Source: a virus. From it: 64,000 nt of DNA. How positions within the stretch are numbered: the first letter of the stretch is position 1; every line of letters begins with the position of its first letter. The DNA lies in IMG/VR virus record IMGVR_UViG_3300020204_000036, positions 19,771 to 83,770 of that record; one strand, given 5' to 3'. Below are positions 11,581-22,362 of this stretch, piece by piece. The translations under genes and the position numbers were made by a program. The notes under the pieces are model-generated. The model was not told where the DNA came from and did no database searches. It worked only from the letters and a program-made list of their open reading frames with translations.

Positions 11581-12489
11581 ATGGCACTTGGCACATATGG
11601 AATAACAAGACCCGCGGATGTTTCTCCGTCAGATGTTGAAATTATCTTACATTACACAACTTCAAGAGACGTAACTGATAATTTTTTATTAAAAAAATTA
11701 AATACTGCAAATATATTAACACCATATTTTCATAATTCTAACACAGGTGGAAATAACAATGTAGAAATTTTAGGCGGATTATATAATCTCAAATTACCCG
11801 CTACTGAATTTAGTAAGTTAGGAATTTATACTTTATTGATTAGGCCTGCCGAAATAAGAACAAAAATAACTGATTGTGGTGTTTTGTCTGCATTACCAAA
11901 CGTTAAAGGGATAATTATTGACATTAATGGTGTTCCTTCACAATATAGAAACAAGTTTGTAACACAAGGACTTGTTGGGTTTAGAGTTGAATATTTAAAT
12001 TCAGACGGGTCAAAAATACCAAATTTTTATAGAATTGTAACATCTTCATTTTACTGTGAACCGGTTGTTACAGAACAAGTAAACACATCACAAAAGGCAA
12101 TCAGATATAGATACGTCGACAACCCAACAGATTTAATTTTTTGTACTCTGTCACCATCATCATCACCATCCAACAAACCAAACGCAATACCTTTCATTGG
12201 TCAACCAAATCAAAATATAATTATTACAAATACTTTTTTTAATCCAATTACAATAGACATACAAATGGCTGAATACGATATTGATACGTTGGCGATTGCT
12301 CTTTACGGAAATCAAACTAAAAGTATTGAAGATGGTATATACACTTTATACGACACGGCGGGTAATATATACAAACAATACAATCTATTTGAAATTAGAG
12401 ATACGTTTAACGAATTACTTTATGAAGTTAGACAAAATAGAAATAACAATATCGATTACAGTAAAAACTTTACTAATATAATTGAGTAA
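11581..12489 (+). CDS. Putative baseplate/tail structural protein
   Basis: 302 aa, TATTTAT motif upstream, structural context. Confidence 0.5.
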   Translation: MALGTYGITRPADVSPSDVEIILHYTTSRDVTDNFLLKKLNTANILTPYFHNSNTGGNNNVEILGGLYNLKLPATEFSKLGIYTLLIRPAEIRTKITDCGVLSALPNVKGIIIDINGVPSQYRNKFVTQGLVGFRVEYLNSDGSKIPNFYRIVTSSFYCEPVVTEQVNTSQKAIRYRYVDNPTDLIFCTLSPSSSPSNKPNAIPFIGQPNQNIIITNTFFNPITIDIQMAEYDIDTLAIALYGNQTKSIEDGIYTLYDTAGNIYKQYNLFEIRDTFNELLYEVRQNRNNNIDYSKNFTNIIE

Positions 12490-15437
12490 TGGCAAAACAA
12501 ATTTTTAGATATCCGCCAGCACCACCTGTAGGTAATTCAACCGCATTTGATAATATAGTTGGATTTCAATTGGTTACGGGTGGAGGTCTGACTCAAGGTA
12601 ATTTTCAATTTACTACCGCCATATATGAAAAGGTAAATAGAAATTTCGACTTAGGTGTTTTTTCACGACTTTATAATTTAGAAAATTTAAATATTGAAGA
12701 TATTGAACAAACCAAAAAAATAATTCAAAAAAACTTTGCGGTATATCCTAATTTTGATATTTCACAAATAACAAGTTTTACTCTCTATGGTTCGTTACAA
12801 AAAAGGTTGTCAGCATCAATTACAAAAATTATAAGTAATTTTCCAGCGGCATTAGACGTTAGAAATCAAACGCTTTCACTTACATCAGGATATACTGCAG
12901 TAAACATTACTTTCGACCCAATAGAGGATTTAACGACTTTTGATGTTAATGTTCCTTGGATTGTAAACCCATTTGATATTGATTACTCATCAAACGCTAG
13001 AAGAAATTTAGCCGTTAGACCTATCAAAACATCAAATTTTAGGGACCTAACAAATAATTTTGAGTTTTACAGTTTATATTTTTCTAGTGTAACGACAGAA
13101 TACCCGTTGGTTGATTTTATACCATCACAAACACTTACCGCAGGGACGATTACCATGACAGTAGTTGGTAATCCATTTTCAGGTGCAACCGCATCTAAAG
13201 ATAATTTAATTATAAAACCAAACACACAAAAAACCGCTGAGATATTTCAAAATGAATTTGATGAGGTTGAAGATTTTATTTTGAATAGAAATACCCAACC
13301 AAAATATACATCAACATTTCAGTATCCTTATTATGACTCGAACGAAGACTATACTTTAAAAATAGAAAGTGTTACTTGGTTTTTGAATGGTAGTTGGAAC
13401 TTAGATATAGTATCATCTCAGTTTGACACATACTTAGAAAAATTAAGTAGCATTGCTATGTTTTTGGATGATTATAAAACAAATTTAATATCAAGATTTT
13501 TAACTACAGGTTCCCTCAAAGACTTTGACACGCAAGACCAAAGAATGGAAAAAATCTTGCAAATATATGGTAGAAGTTTTGACGAAGTTAAAAAGTTTAT
13601 AGACGCTCTTGCAAATATGAACTCAGTAAACTATGTTGTTGGAAACGATATACCTTCACAACTTTTAGTAAATTTAGCACAAACACTTGGAGTTAATACA
13701 AATATTTCACCAATAAACAATGACCAATTATTAGAAGCGGTATTTAGTTCCCAAACAAACAAAATATATACAGGACAAGCTCAAAATCAAACCCCTTCAG
13801 AATTGAATTATCAATATTATAGAAATGTTATATTAAACTCGGCGTATATGTTTAAATCTAAAGGAACAAGAAATTCTTTAGAATATATAATGAGACTTAT
13901 TGGTGCTCCTGAGGCCATTACAGAATTTAATGAAGTAGTTTATTTAGTTGATTCTAAAATTAATGTCGACCAATTTAAAGAAAATTATGCTAAAATAAGT
14001 GGCGGAACTGTGTATGTTGAAAAACCGGCATTAGACCCAACAAACGTATTTTCAATTCATGGAAAAACATACACAGGTTTTACAACAGATGGAAATGTTG
14101 AAACGGTATCAACCACTTTTAATGATTATGGTATATCAAACGATGGCTACCCAAAATCGCCAAGGCAAACTGATGATTTCTTTTTTCAAAAAGGTTCAGG
14201 ATGGTTTGAGTCAAGCCCAAAACATAGGGCACCTCAAGTTGTTGATTTAGAAAACTCACAGTTAAATCAAAACGTACCAAGTGTTGTTACACAATTACAA
14301 CCACCATCTTTTGGTCAAGAATATTTAGATAGGTTCACAAAATTTCCTTTTTTAACTGAAGGATACACAATAACAAAAATATTTGACAATCAAAAGTCTT
14401 GGTCTGTTGATGACATTGGAAATAGAAAAAATAATTCCAACTTCAATGGTGTTGATTACACAATTACAAGTGATAAGCAAATTATAAATTCCAAAAACAT
14501 TGAATTGAATATCAATATGGGTCAAGGTTTGGTTTACGATGTTTGGGATATGTGTGTAAAATACGATTACCCAATACCAAATTCAGGATTAACTTCACCT
14601 TACCCATATCCTGGAGCCATTGATTGGACTTTTGTAAATCCAAAACCAAAAGAAAAAACCTTTTTTGAATTTGCTCAATCATTTTTTATGAACATGATTA
14701 ATGTTCGGAACAGACAAACAATATTTGACGGTAAGACAGGAGGATACCCAACTTTACAATCGGTATATTGGAAATATCTTCAGTCCCAACAAACCGTAGG
14801 CATTCCATCTAATCAATTTACATATCAAAAAATGATTGATTATACTTTGGGTATTGGTGATTATTGGCAAAGGTTATTGGAGCAATTAGTTCCAGCAACA
14901 ACACTTTGGCTTACGGGTCAAAAAATGGAAAACTCAATATTCCATAGGCAAAAATTTGTTTGGAGAAGACAAAGAGGTTGTCAATTTATTCAAGTAGAAT
15001 GTGTTCCTTGTACGTTCGATGGGCAGTTATTTGGGTATGATTGTATTGACCAAACTCTCTCTTGTGGTTTGAATATACAAAGTCCACAAACTTACTTGAC
15101 TCAAGTTTTAAATTCGGTAATTGCTCAAAGTGGTTATACACAATCAGACTGTGATTTAACAAGTATTGTTTCAGACTGGTTTATAGACTGTAGATTGGAT
15201 AATACCATATTGGTCCAAGAGCAATTTTATACGGGTTATGGATATTACGACACACCAACATTTGTTCAAATATCCGATGCTATTAATAATGAATTGGTTG
15301 GTTTATATAATCATGGTTTAAATTATTATTTTGCTGGTAAAACTTTGGTTATTAGTAATTCCACTTGTTATGATGACTTCACAAATAAAAAACTATACCT
15401 AAATATAGGAATAAACCTTAGCATAAATTGTAATTAA
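12489..15437 (+). CDS. Baseplate wedge protein, P2 gpI/T4 gp7-like
   Basis: IPSQLLVNLAQTLG and FKSKGTRNSLEYIMRLIG resemble the gpI-type KGT motif. Confidence 0.6.
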   Translation: MAKQIFRYPPAPPVGNSTAFDNIVGFQLVTGGGLTQGNFQFTTAIYEKVNRNFDLGVFSRLYNLENLNIEDIEQTKKIIQKNFAVYPNFDISQITSFTLYGSLQKRLSASITKIISNFPAALDVRNQTLSLTSGYTAVNITFDPIEDLTTFDVNVPWIVNPFDIDYSSNARRNLAVRPIKTSNFRDLTNNFEFYSLYFSSVTTEYPLVDFIPSQTLTAGTITMTVVGNPFSGATASKDNLIIKPNTQKTAEIFQNEFDEVEDFILNRNTQPKYTSTFQYPYYDSNEDYTLKIESVTWFLNGSWNLDIVSSQFDTYLEKLSSIAMFLDDYKTNLISRFLTTGSLKDFDTQDQRMEKILQIYGRSFDEVKKFIDALANMNSVNYVVGNDIPSQLLVNLAQTLGVNTNISPINNDQLLEAVFSSQTNKIYTGQAQNQTPSELNYQYYRNVILNSAYMFKSKGTRNSLEYIMRLIGAPEAITEFNEVVYLVDSKINVDQFKENYAKISGGTVYVEKPALDPTNVFSIHGKTYTGFTTDGNVETVSTTFNDYGISNDGYPKSPRQTDDFFFQKGSGWFESSPKHRAPQVVDLENSQLNQNVPSVVTQLQPPSFGQEYLDRFTKFPFLTEGYTITKIFDNQKSWSVDDIGNRKNNSNFNGVDYTITSDKQIINSKNIELNINMGQGLVYDVWDMCVKYDYPIPNSGLTSPYPYPGAIDWTFVNPKPKEKTFFEFAQSFFMNMINVRNRQTIFDGKTGGYPTLQSVYWKYLQSQQTVGIPSNQFTYQKMIDYTLGIGDYWQRLLEQLVPATTLWLTGQKMENSIFHRQKFVWRRQRGCQFIQVECVPCTFDGQLFGYDCIDQTLSCGLNIQSPQTYLTQVLNSVIAQSGYTQSDCDLTSIVSDWFIDCRLDNTILVQEQFYTGYGYYDTPTFVQISDAINNELVGLYNHGLNYYFAGKTLVISNSTCYDDFTNKKLYLNIGINLSINCN

Positions 15438-17743
15438 TGGCTTGTTATACAGGATTAACAGACGGTGTTTATTCTTACGTTGATTGTTGTGGCGTCACAA
15501 GAACAGGGGCGTCTTTAGGTGAAAGTATTTGTTTGGACGGAGCTTTTTCTGGTTCGTCTTTTGGTATATATATTGACGAAACAAGTTCATGTAGTCCTAC
15601 TTGTGAAGAACAACCTTTAGGAATATCATTTTCCGTAACAGGTGTTTGTTCAGACCCAATAGGGTCAGTAACTTTTTCACCTTTTGGTGGTATACCACCA
15701 TATACTATCGATAATGTAATACCTGGTGGTATAAGTGCTCAAACTTCGTCATCACCAATAACATTCACAGGTCTAACTGCTGACACTTATGTTTTTAGAT
15801 TAAACGACTCTTTGGGTTATGAAAATAATGAATTATACATAAATGTTATAATAACAGGTTGTTTTTATACCGATATTATAGAAGTCACAGGAACAAACTG
15901 TGGTGAAAATAACGGAACTTTAACTGTAAGTGCAGATTCACAATCATCGCCTTATACTTTGTTTTTGAAAAATAGTGGCACGACATTACAATCGCAAACA
16001 ACAACTATTTTTCCATATACTTTTACAAATCTTTCTGCGGATACCTATTTTGTTCAAGTTGTTGATTACGGATTATCCACAGCCACAACAGCAAATGCAA
16101 TTATTTCGGGAAGTAGTTCTTTAGATTTTGGTTTTTGGAAAGTAAATACATCAACTTGTGTTATTAACCAAGGTAAATTATCGGTAACTGGAGTCACAGG
16201 AACACCACCATATACATATCTTTGGAGTAATGGAGAAACAGGACAAACAATAACAGGACTTACTTTAGGTGAATATAGTTGCACAGTAACGGATGCGAAT
16301 GGTTGTGTGACAACAAAAAGTGAAACTATAGGTCAGGCCGACCCATTAGGTGTTGGGATTGTAACTTCAGAAAATCCTACATGTTTTTCATCAAATGGCA
16401 GTATAACTTTTACAATCACGGGAGGTAGTGTTCCATATTATTATTCGGCTAGCACTTCACAAGTTGGATACACATTAAGCAATACTTTAACACTTTCAGG
16501 TTTATCAAGTGGAAATTACAATTTAGAAATAACTGACGGTAATTTTTGTAAAGAAACAATAAGTGCTTTCATAAATGCTACAAATTCATTTTTTGTTGTT
16601 GATACGCAAGTTATTAATTCAAACTGTAGTCAACAACTAGGCTCAGTTTCGATTTCACTTCAAGGCTCTAATAACTTTTATACATATATTCTATCAGGAC
16701 AAACTAATGGTTTATACTACACTAATACAACACAAAGTTTAACAAGTTCATTTTCAGGATTAACAAATGACACTTATGATTTGACAATATCGGCAACAGG
16801 AACCAATTGTGCATATACAACTTCATTTATTGTATCTTCAACCGATAAGTTCAGTATAACAACATCAACAACTGGCTCGACTTGTTCTCAAAATGACGGA
16901 ATTTTATACATCGAGGTAAGTAGCGGATATACTTTACCGTTAGATTATATATTAAGTGATGGTCAGTCGGTAATTGATACATCCGCAACGGCATACACCT
17001 TCAATAATTTGGTTGCGGGTAGTTATTCAATAATAATAGTTGATGGCGACGGTTGTCAAATTGAAGAAAGAGTTACCATATCAACAGGAGGTAGTTTATT
17101 GTCTGCAATTTCAACAACACAATGTTATAACGGTCAAAACGGAACTGCTGAAATTTTGATTTATGCGGGAGAACCAACATTTACTTATGATTGGTCAAAT
17201 AATGTACCATCAGGACAAACTGGCTCTACAATATCAGGATTAACCGCCGGAACTTATTCAGTGGAAGTTTTAGATAGTAGCGGGTGTTCACAAATACATG
17301 ATTTTACAATAACTTGCTTTGGAAATAATGTTTCCACTTATTCACTTGTAACTCTTTGTGAAAATACTTTTACGACAACAGTGGGGGATAAACGAGGGTT
17401 TTTAGAAATGTTAAATGAAGGGTATATCGATGTAACAAGTGGATATACAGGTTGTAGTTTGAATACTGCTGAATTCATACTTGAGTTAGATATAAATGGT
17501 TCAGGATACACCCAAACATTTTATACTGCGACAACACTAAATGATGTCCCACAAGATATACTATGGCAATCAACAATAGAAAGTGTTTTAAGTGGTATCA
17601 CAGACATTAGTCTTTATACTATTAGTTTAACTGATAATACAATCCACATTGAGTCAAATTGTGAAGGAGATTATGACCCATTATCTGACGCCAATTTTAC
17701 TTTGGAATTAACAATCGAATACGATGTAACTTGTTTTACTTAG
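15437..17743 (+). CDS. Cys/Thr-rich tail appendage protein with SprB-like repeats
   Basis: Repeated C...G.I...TGGTPPYTY.WSNG..G.TI.GL..G.Y.V.V.D.NGC units. Confidence 0.7.
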   Translation: MACYTGLTDGVYSYVDCCGVTRTGASLGESICLDGAFSGSSFGIYIDETSSCSPTCEEQPLGISFSVTGVCSDPIGSVTFSPFGGIPPYTIDNVIPGGISAQTSSSPITFTGLTADTYVFRLNDSLGYENNELYINVIITGCFYTDIIEVTGTNCGENNGTLTVSADSQSSPYTLFLKNSGTTLQSQTTTIFPYTFTNLSADTYFVQVVDYGLSTATTANAIISGSSSLDFGFWKVNTSTCVINQGKLSVTGVTGTPPYTYLWSNGETGQTITGLTLGEYSCTVTDANGCVTTKSETIGQADPLGVGIVTSENPTCFSSNGSITFTITGGSVPYYYSASTSQVGYTLSNTLTLSGLSSGNYNLEITDGNFCKETISAFINATNSFFVVDTQVINSNCSQQLGSVSISLQGSNNFYTYILSGQTNGLYYTNTTQSLTSSFSGLTNDTYDLTISATGTNCAYTTSFIVSSTDKFSITTSTTGSTCSQNDGILYIEVSSGYTLPLDYILSDGQSVIDTSATAYTFNNLVAGSYSIIIVDGDGCQIEERVTISTGGSLLSAISTTQCYNGQNGTAEILIYAGEPTFTYDWSNNVPSGQTGSTISGLTAGTYSVEVLDSSGCSQIHDFTITCFGNNVSTYSLVTLCENTFTTTVGDKRGFLEMLNEGYIDVTSGYTGCSLNTAEFILELDINGSGYTQTFYTATTLNDVPQDILWQSTIESVLSGITDISLYTISLTDNTIHIESNCEGDYDPLSDANFTLELTIEYDVTCFT

Positions 17744-17953
17744 ATGCCATACTCAATCGACATAACAAGTTTAACAGGAGGAACTACTCCAATTGATTAT
17801 TATGTTTGTGACCAAAACGGTAACAACTGCTCACTTCTTGGGACATCATTAGGTGTTTATGTTTTGAGCGCATATTACAGTAGTGCAAGTTCATTAATAA
17901 TAAGGGCTATTGACAATAATGGTTGTGAAACATTTCATGAAGTAAATTGTTAA
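17744..17953 (+). CDS. Small Cys-containing virion protein (paralog 1 of 3)
   Basis: ITSLTGGTTPIDYYVCD...IDNNGCE, shared with the 17957 and 22047 ORFs. Confidence 0.7.
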   Translation: MPYSIDITSLTGGTTPIDYYVCDQNGNNCSLLGTSLGVYVLSAYYSSASSLIIRAIDNNGCETFHEVNC

Positions 17954-17956
17954 ATT

Positions 17957-18181
17957 ATGATAATAGAAATAACAGGAGTCACAAGCGGAACAAGTCCTTA
18001 TGATGTATATATATGTGACCCAACAAATGTATCTTGTTTTTATGTATCGGGAGTAACATCTATTCCACCAAATGTTGTAATTGATTCATCAATTTTTTTT
18101 CCAAATGAGGATATTGTTTATATAAAAGTCATAACTGCAGATGGATGTCTAGAAGAAATTCAAATAGACTGTAGTAGTTAA
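17957..18181 (+). CDS. Small Cys-containing virion protein (paralog 2 of 3)
   Basis: ITGVTSGTSPYDVYICD...ITADGCL. Confidence 0.7.
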   Translation: MIIEITGVTSGTSPYDVYICDPTNVSCFYVSGVTSIPPNVVIDSSIFFPNEDIVYIKVITADGCLEEIQIDCSS

Positions 18182-18356
18182 CTACTACAAGAAAATGGAT
18201 TTATAATCAAAATAACTTGATAACTTTATAAAATACCAAGCGGCCTCATGAAATGTGTCCGCAATTCTATCTTTAATTGTAACAATAAATAAAGTGAGTT
18301 AATATGTACTTTATTTAGTTTTTTTATTTTTTACTTTTTTACAAAAGTTGTTATTT

Positions 18357-19598
18357 ATGAAAATATTTGTTCAAATTGCGTCATACCGCGACCCCGAACT
18401 ATTACCAACAATTAGAGATTGTATCAATAAAGCAAAACATCCTCAAAATCTAACATTTGGCATATGTTGGCAAAGAGATGAAAATGAATCATTAGAAGAA
18501 TTTCAAAACGACGAAAGGTTCACAATTTTGGACTATCATTGGACTAAAAGTAAAGGTTTATGTTGGGCCAGAAGTCTCATTCAAAAACTATGGAAAGGTG
18601 AAGAGTACACAATGCAATTAGACTCACATCATCGGTTTTTACAAGATTGGGATGTGGAATTAATTGAAATGATGAAATTAACTGGTGTTGAAAAGCCAAT
18701 AATCACTACTTATGCAGGAATGTATGACCCAAAAACTAATACGTTATTAAATGAAGAGCCATATAAATGCACGGCAAGAAAGTTTTCAGAATACGGCACA
18801 ATTTTCTTTTATCCTGAACAAATACCAAATTGGCAAAAATTAGAAAAACCAATACCGGCAAGATTTGTAAGTGGTCATTTCTTTTTTACATTAGGAAAAC
18901 ATTGTGAAGAATACAAGTACGACCCAAATATATATTTCGCGGGAGATGAAATAAGTTTATCAATTAGGTCTTATACGTTAGGTTATGATTTATTCCACCC
19001 TCATAAGACAGTTGTTTGGCATGAATATACAAGAATAGGTAGAATTAAACATTGGGATGATTTTAATGAAGAAAATGTAAAAAAAGGATTAATTGAAAAA
19101 GAATGGCATGTAATTAATTCAGAAGGGTTGGTTAGATTAAGACATATGTTACAAGAAGAAGATAATAATATTGATTTAGGGGAATTTGGTTTAGGTGATG
19201 TAAGGTCGCATAGGGATTATGAGTTATATGCTGGTATTGATTTTAAAAAAAGAAGATTACACCCCAAAACATTAAAAGGAACCGACCCACCAATAAACGA
19301 CGACTCAAATTGGTTTGAAACTAAACTAAATAAATTCACATACAATATAGTTGTACCAAGAATTGAGGCGCCAGTTGATGATTATGATTTTTGGGCCGTT
19401 TCATTTTTAGATGAATTCGGTGGGGAAATATTTAGACAAGATGCCGATGAAGAAGAATTAAAGACTTGTTACGCAGTTAAAGGTGATTACGTTCAAATTA
19501 AAAGAACTTTTATGGTTGATGATTCTGCAAAATCTTGGTCGATATGGTTACACCATAAAGAAAACGGTTGGGTTAAACAAATAACAGGAGAAATATGA
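18357..19598 (+). CDS. GT60-like (Skp1/polypeptide alpha-GlcNAc transferase-like) glycosyltransferase with a C-terminal extension
   Basis: IFVQIASYRDPEL..T, SKGLCWAR, MQLDSHHRF, YDPNIYFAGDEISLSIRSYTLGYDLFHP; ATG at 18357. Confidence 0.85.
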   Translation: MKIFVQIASYRDPELLPTIRDCINKAKHPQNLTFGICWQRDENESLEEFQNDERFTILDYHWTKSKGLCWARSLIQKLWKGEEYTMQLDSHHRFLQDWDVELIEMMKLTGVEKPIITTYAGMYDPKTNTLLNEEPYKCTARKFSEYGTIFFYPEQIPNWQKLEKPIPARFVSGHFFFTLGKHCEEYKYDPNIYFAGDEISLSIRSYTLGYDLFHPHKTVVWHEYTRIGRIKHWDDFNEENVKKGLIEKEWHVINSEGLVRLRHMLQEEDNNIDLGEFGLGDVRSHRDYELYAGIDFKKRRLHPKTLKGTDPPINDDSNWFETKLNKFTYNIVVPRIEAPVDDYDFWAVSFLDEFGGEIFRQDADEEELKTCYAVKGDYVQIKRTFMVDDSAKSWSIWLHHKENGWVKQITGEI

Positions 19599-20392
19599 AA
19601 ATAGGTGCATTTTATCAATCGGGGCATAAACTTGTTGCTTGTTATAAAGCACTAGAACAATTAAGAAATATTTATCCAAAAATTCCAATCGTATTATATG
19701 AAGATGGTTCTGAAATATTGGAACCTGTTGCAAAAAAATTTAATTGTGATTATAATTGGATTGAACAACAAGGATTTAATTATCCTCACTCTGGTAGGGT
19801 ATTTTCAAGTGAAAACGGACCTTTAGATTGGTTAAAAAGAATTTATGACGCTTGTATAACAACATTAAAAGATGTGGATTGGGTTATACATTATGAAGAT
19901 GATGTTTGGTGTAAACGTGAAATAACAAAACCACCAACATTCGATATTGCAGGAGCAAATGGACCTATGTACACACCTGAACTTTACAAGTATTTAAAAA
20001 ATAAATTCAATATAACAGACGAATCACGACATTATTGGAGTGAGATTGGTTCATTAGAAGGTTATGGTGCTTGTGGGGGTGCAATATTCAATCGTAAAAA
20101 ATTTATCGAAATATATCACAGATTGAACGAAGTCCCGTGGGGTGAAATATATCACTTAGATACAAGACCAATTGAGTGGTGTGATGCAACACTTTCATTT
20201 CTTTTTCAATTTTTCGGTTACACAAGCGGTGTTTGGGATGATTGGGCAGAATACGATTCAAAAAATCAAGGAGATTGGTGGGATAAAAGTGGTTGGTCAA
20301 TACCTATGGAAAAACAACCTGATGTTGCTTTTATTCATGCGTATAAACACTTTTATAACTATCTCCCTGAAGAAATAAACCTTGAGTTGTAA
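19595..20392 (+). CDS. GT-A fold glycosyltransferase
   Basis: IVLYEDGS, DWVIHYEDDV (DxD-like), ACGGAIFN, WCDATLSFLF, AFIHAYK. Confidence 0.7.
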   Translation: MKIGAFYQSGHKLVACYKALEQLRNIYPKIPIVLYEDGSEILEPVAKKFNCDYNWIEQQGFNYPHSGRVFSSENGPLDWLKRIYDACITTLKDVDWVIHYEDDVWCKREITKPPTFDIAGANGPMYTPELYKYLKNKFNITDESRHYWSEIGSLEGYGACGGAIFNRKKFIEIYHRLNEVPWGEIYHLDTRPIEWCDATLSFLFQFFGYTSGVWDDWAEYDSKNQGDWWDKSGWSIPMEKQPDVAFIHAYKHFYNYLPEEINLEL

Positions 20393-20437
20393 ATAAAATA
20401 AACATAAGCTTATTTATATTATAAAGTTAATTTTTCT

Positions 20438-22045
20438 ATGGCAGATATTCTTTTAGAAAGTTGTTGTTATCCTGGGTTACAATATTATACCGATGAGTCA
20501 AATTGGACGGGAGCCACTTCTGCAGTGACAACGGTTTTTTCTGTTACTTATGATTCTGTCGTAGTTTCAGGTTGTTATACAATAGTATCTGCGTTCACTT
20601 CCGGATTTACATCAACTAGCATAGTCCCTGATGGGGTATATACTCAAGTAACAGGATGCACAGACCCATTTTGTGCAACAGGACAATGTTGTTCAAATGA
20701 GTATTGTGTTCAAATTAACGATGTAAATTTTTCAGCATATAGTGGTAGTTATGTTGTGGCCGGAAGTTATAATTCCTTACCTTTTTTTACAGGTGGAACA
20801 CAACCTGGATACATTTATAAAGGACCAACAAAATGGTGTTTAGGAACTTCTGCAGGCACAGGTTGTTATTTCTTTGGGCAAGACCCAACTCTATCACCTT
20901 GTCCAAATTTATACACGGACTTGTTTTATGAAGGTCCTTGTGGAACACCACTACCAACTCCAACGCCCGTTTGTGATATATTTGATTTTGAAGTTGACGT
21001 GTTATGTGTGACACCAACTCCGACTCCAACACCAACACCAACACCAACTCCGACCCCTACACCCACACCATCACCAACACCTGATATATGTTCAGGATTT
21101 ACTGTTGATATTACGGTTAGTGGAACAACACCAACTCCTACGCCAACACCTACTCCCACCCCTACTCCAACGCCAACAATTAATTTAACGGGAGAAACGG
21201 TAACATTTACAATAGATGATGGAAACTTTGTATGTTTTAGAGTTAAAGAGTTAAGAGATTGTAATGAAAACGTAACTTATTATGTTTCGGGTTCTTTAGA
21301 TATATCAGGAACACCAATAACAACAGGTCAGACGTTCTTAGGAGTTATTAATGACCAATTGAAATGTGCAACTTACATACAAGATACAACTGCAAGTCCA
21401 AATGCTACAATTAAACTTGTTGTTTCGGCATACACAGGATGTACGGTTTGTCCAACACCAACACCTACACCAACACCTACACCAACTCCCACACCAACTC
21501 CGACACCTACACCAACTCCAACGCCTACATTCGCGCCAGGAACTTACTTTGTGTTTACATCTTGTACTACAACATCGATGATTACACAAACAGCTTATCC
21601 ACCAACTAATCTTGACCCAGGAGAAGTAATTAGAGATTATTCTGGAAATTGTTATAGTTATGTAGGATATTTTATAAATTATATTCCACCTTCAGGTTAT
21701 ATTGTGGTAAATGAAGACAGATTTACAGCGACAACAGCAACAACATACGTTGATTGTGCTGAATGTTTATTAGTCGAACCGCTAGTTGTAACATTTAATA
21801 CTTGGATTGGAAGTGGGGCATATTCGGTAAATTGCCCTGGATGCCAATTAACTAACTTTGGTCTACAAACAATATTCTATACACACCCATCGGTTAATCA
21901 AATACAAACAGGAGTGACCGTGTATAGTAATTCGTCATTGTTATATCCGTTAACAATTGACTATATCAGATACGGAAATAAAATTTATAGTGTTAATAAT
22001 AGTGGTGTTATCACTGAGTTTTGCACAGTAAACGGAGTTTGTTAA
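20438..22045 (+). CDS. Cys-rich virion protein with three (Thr-Pro)n mucin-like linkers
   Basis: TPTPTP tracts separate Cys-rich modules; TATTTAT upstream. Confidence 0.75.
   Translation: MADILLESCCYPGLQYYTDESNWTGATSAVTTVFSVTYDSVVVSGCYTIVSAFTSGFTSTSIVPDGVYTQVTGCTDPFCATGQCCSNEYCVQINDVNFSAYSGSYVVAGSYNSLPFFTGGTQPGYIYKGPTKWCLGTSAGTGCYFFGQDPTLSPCPNLYTDLFYEGPCGTPLPTPTPVCDIFDFEVDVLCVTPTPTPTPTPTPTPTPTPTPSPTPDICSGFTVDITVSGTTPTPTPTPTPTPTPTPTINLTGETVTFTIDDGNFVCFRVKELRDCNENVTYYVSGSLDISGTPITTGQTFLGVINDQLKCATYIQDTTASPNATIKLVVSAYTGCTVCPTPTPTPTPTPTPTPTPTPTPTPTPTFAPGTYFVFTSCTTTSMITQTAYPPTNLDPGEVIRDYSGNCYSYVGYFINYIPPSGYIVVNEDRFTATTATTYVDCAECLLVEPLVVTFNTWIGSGAYSVNCPGCQLTNFGLQTIFYTHPSVNQIQTGVTVYSNSSLLYPLTIDYIRYGNKIYSVNNSGVITEFCTVNGVC
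21011..21529 (+). repeat. Three degenerate ACN-CCN coding tandem repeats (~21011-21082, ~21128-21178, ~21452-21529)
   Basis: 6-bp period with variable third positions, i.e. a protein-level TP repeat. Confidence 0.9.
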
Positions 22046-22046
22046 T

Positions 22047-22337
22047 ATGCCAACAATTGTCACAATAAATACAATAACTTCAGGAACAAGCCCATATGAT
22101 GTTTGGGTGTGTGATGCATGTGGAATTTATGGCACTTGTCAATATATAGACACATTTATAACAACACCCTATTCATTTACATTACCTGTTTCCTTTGAAT
22201 CTATGGATAGTTATGTTGTTAAAGTAATTGATGATAATGGTTGTGAATTCTGTTATGATGGACTTTGTAATTATAAACAGTTTCAAGACTTAATATGTTT
22301 TGAATTCGAAGACGGAATACCTTATGATTTTCAATAA
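22047..22337 (+). CDS. Small Cys-containing virion protein (paralog 3 of 3)
   Basis: INTITSGTSPYDVWVCD...VIDDNGCE. Confidence 0.7.
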   Translation: MPTIVTINTITSGTSPYDVWVCDACGIYGTCQYIDTFITTPYSFTLPVSFESMDSYVVKVIDDNGCEFCYDGLCNYKQFQDLICFEFEDGIPYDFQ

Positions 22338-22362
22338 ACTATGATATATATAAAATAAAAAA

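Noticed and set aside
21011-21529. Tandem repeats as CRISPR array or DNA-level VNTR
   Set aside because: 6-bp period with synonymous variation, no spacers, no cas genes
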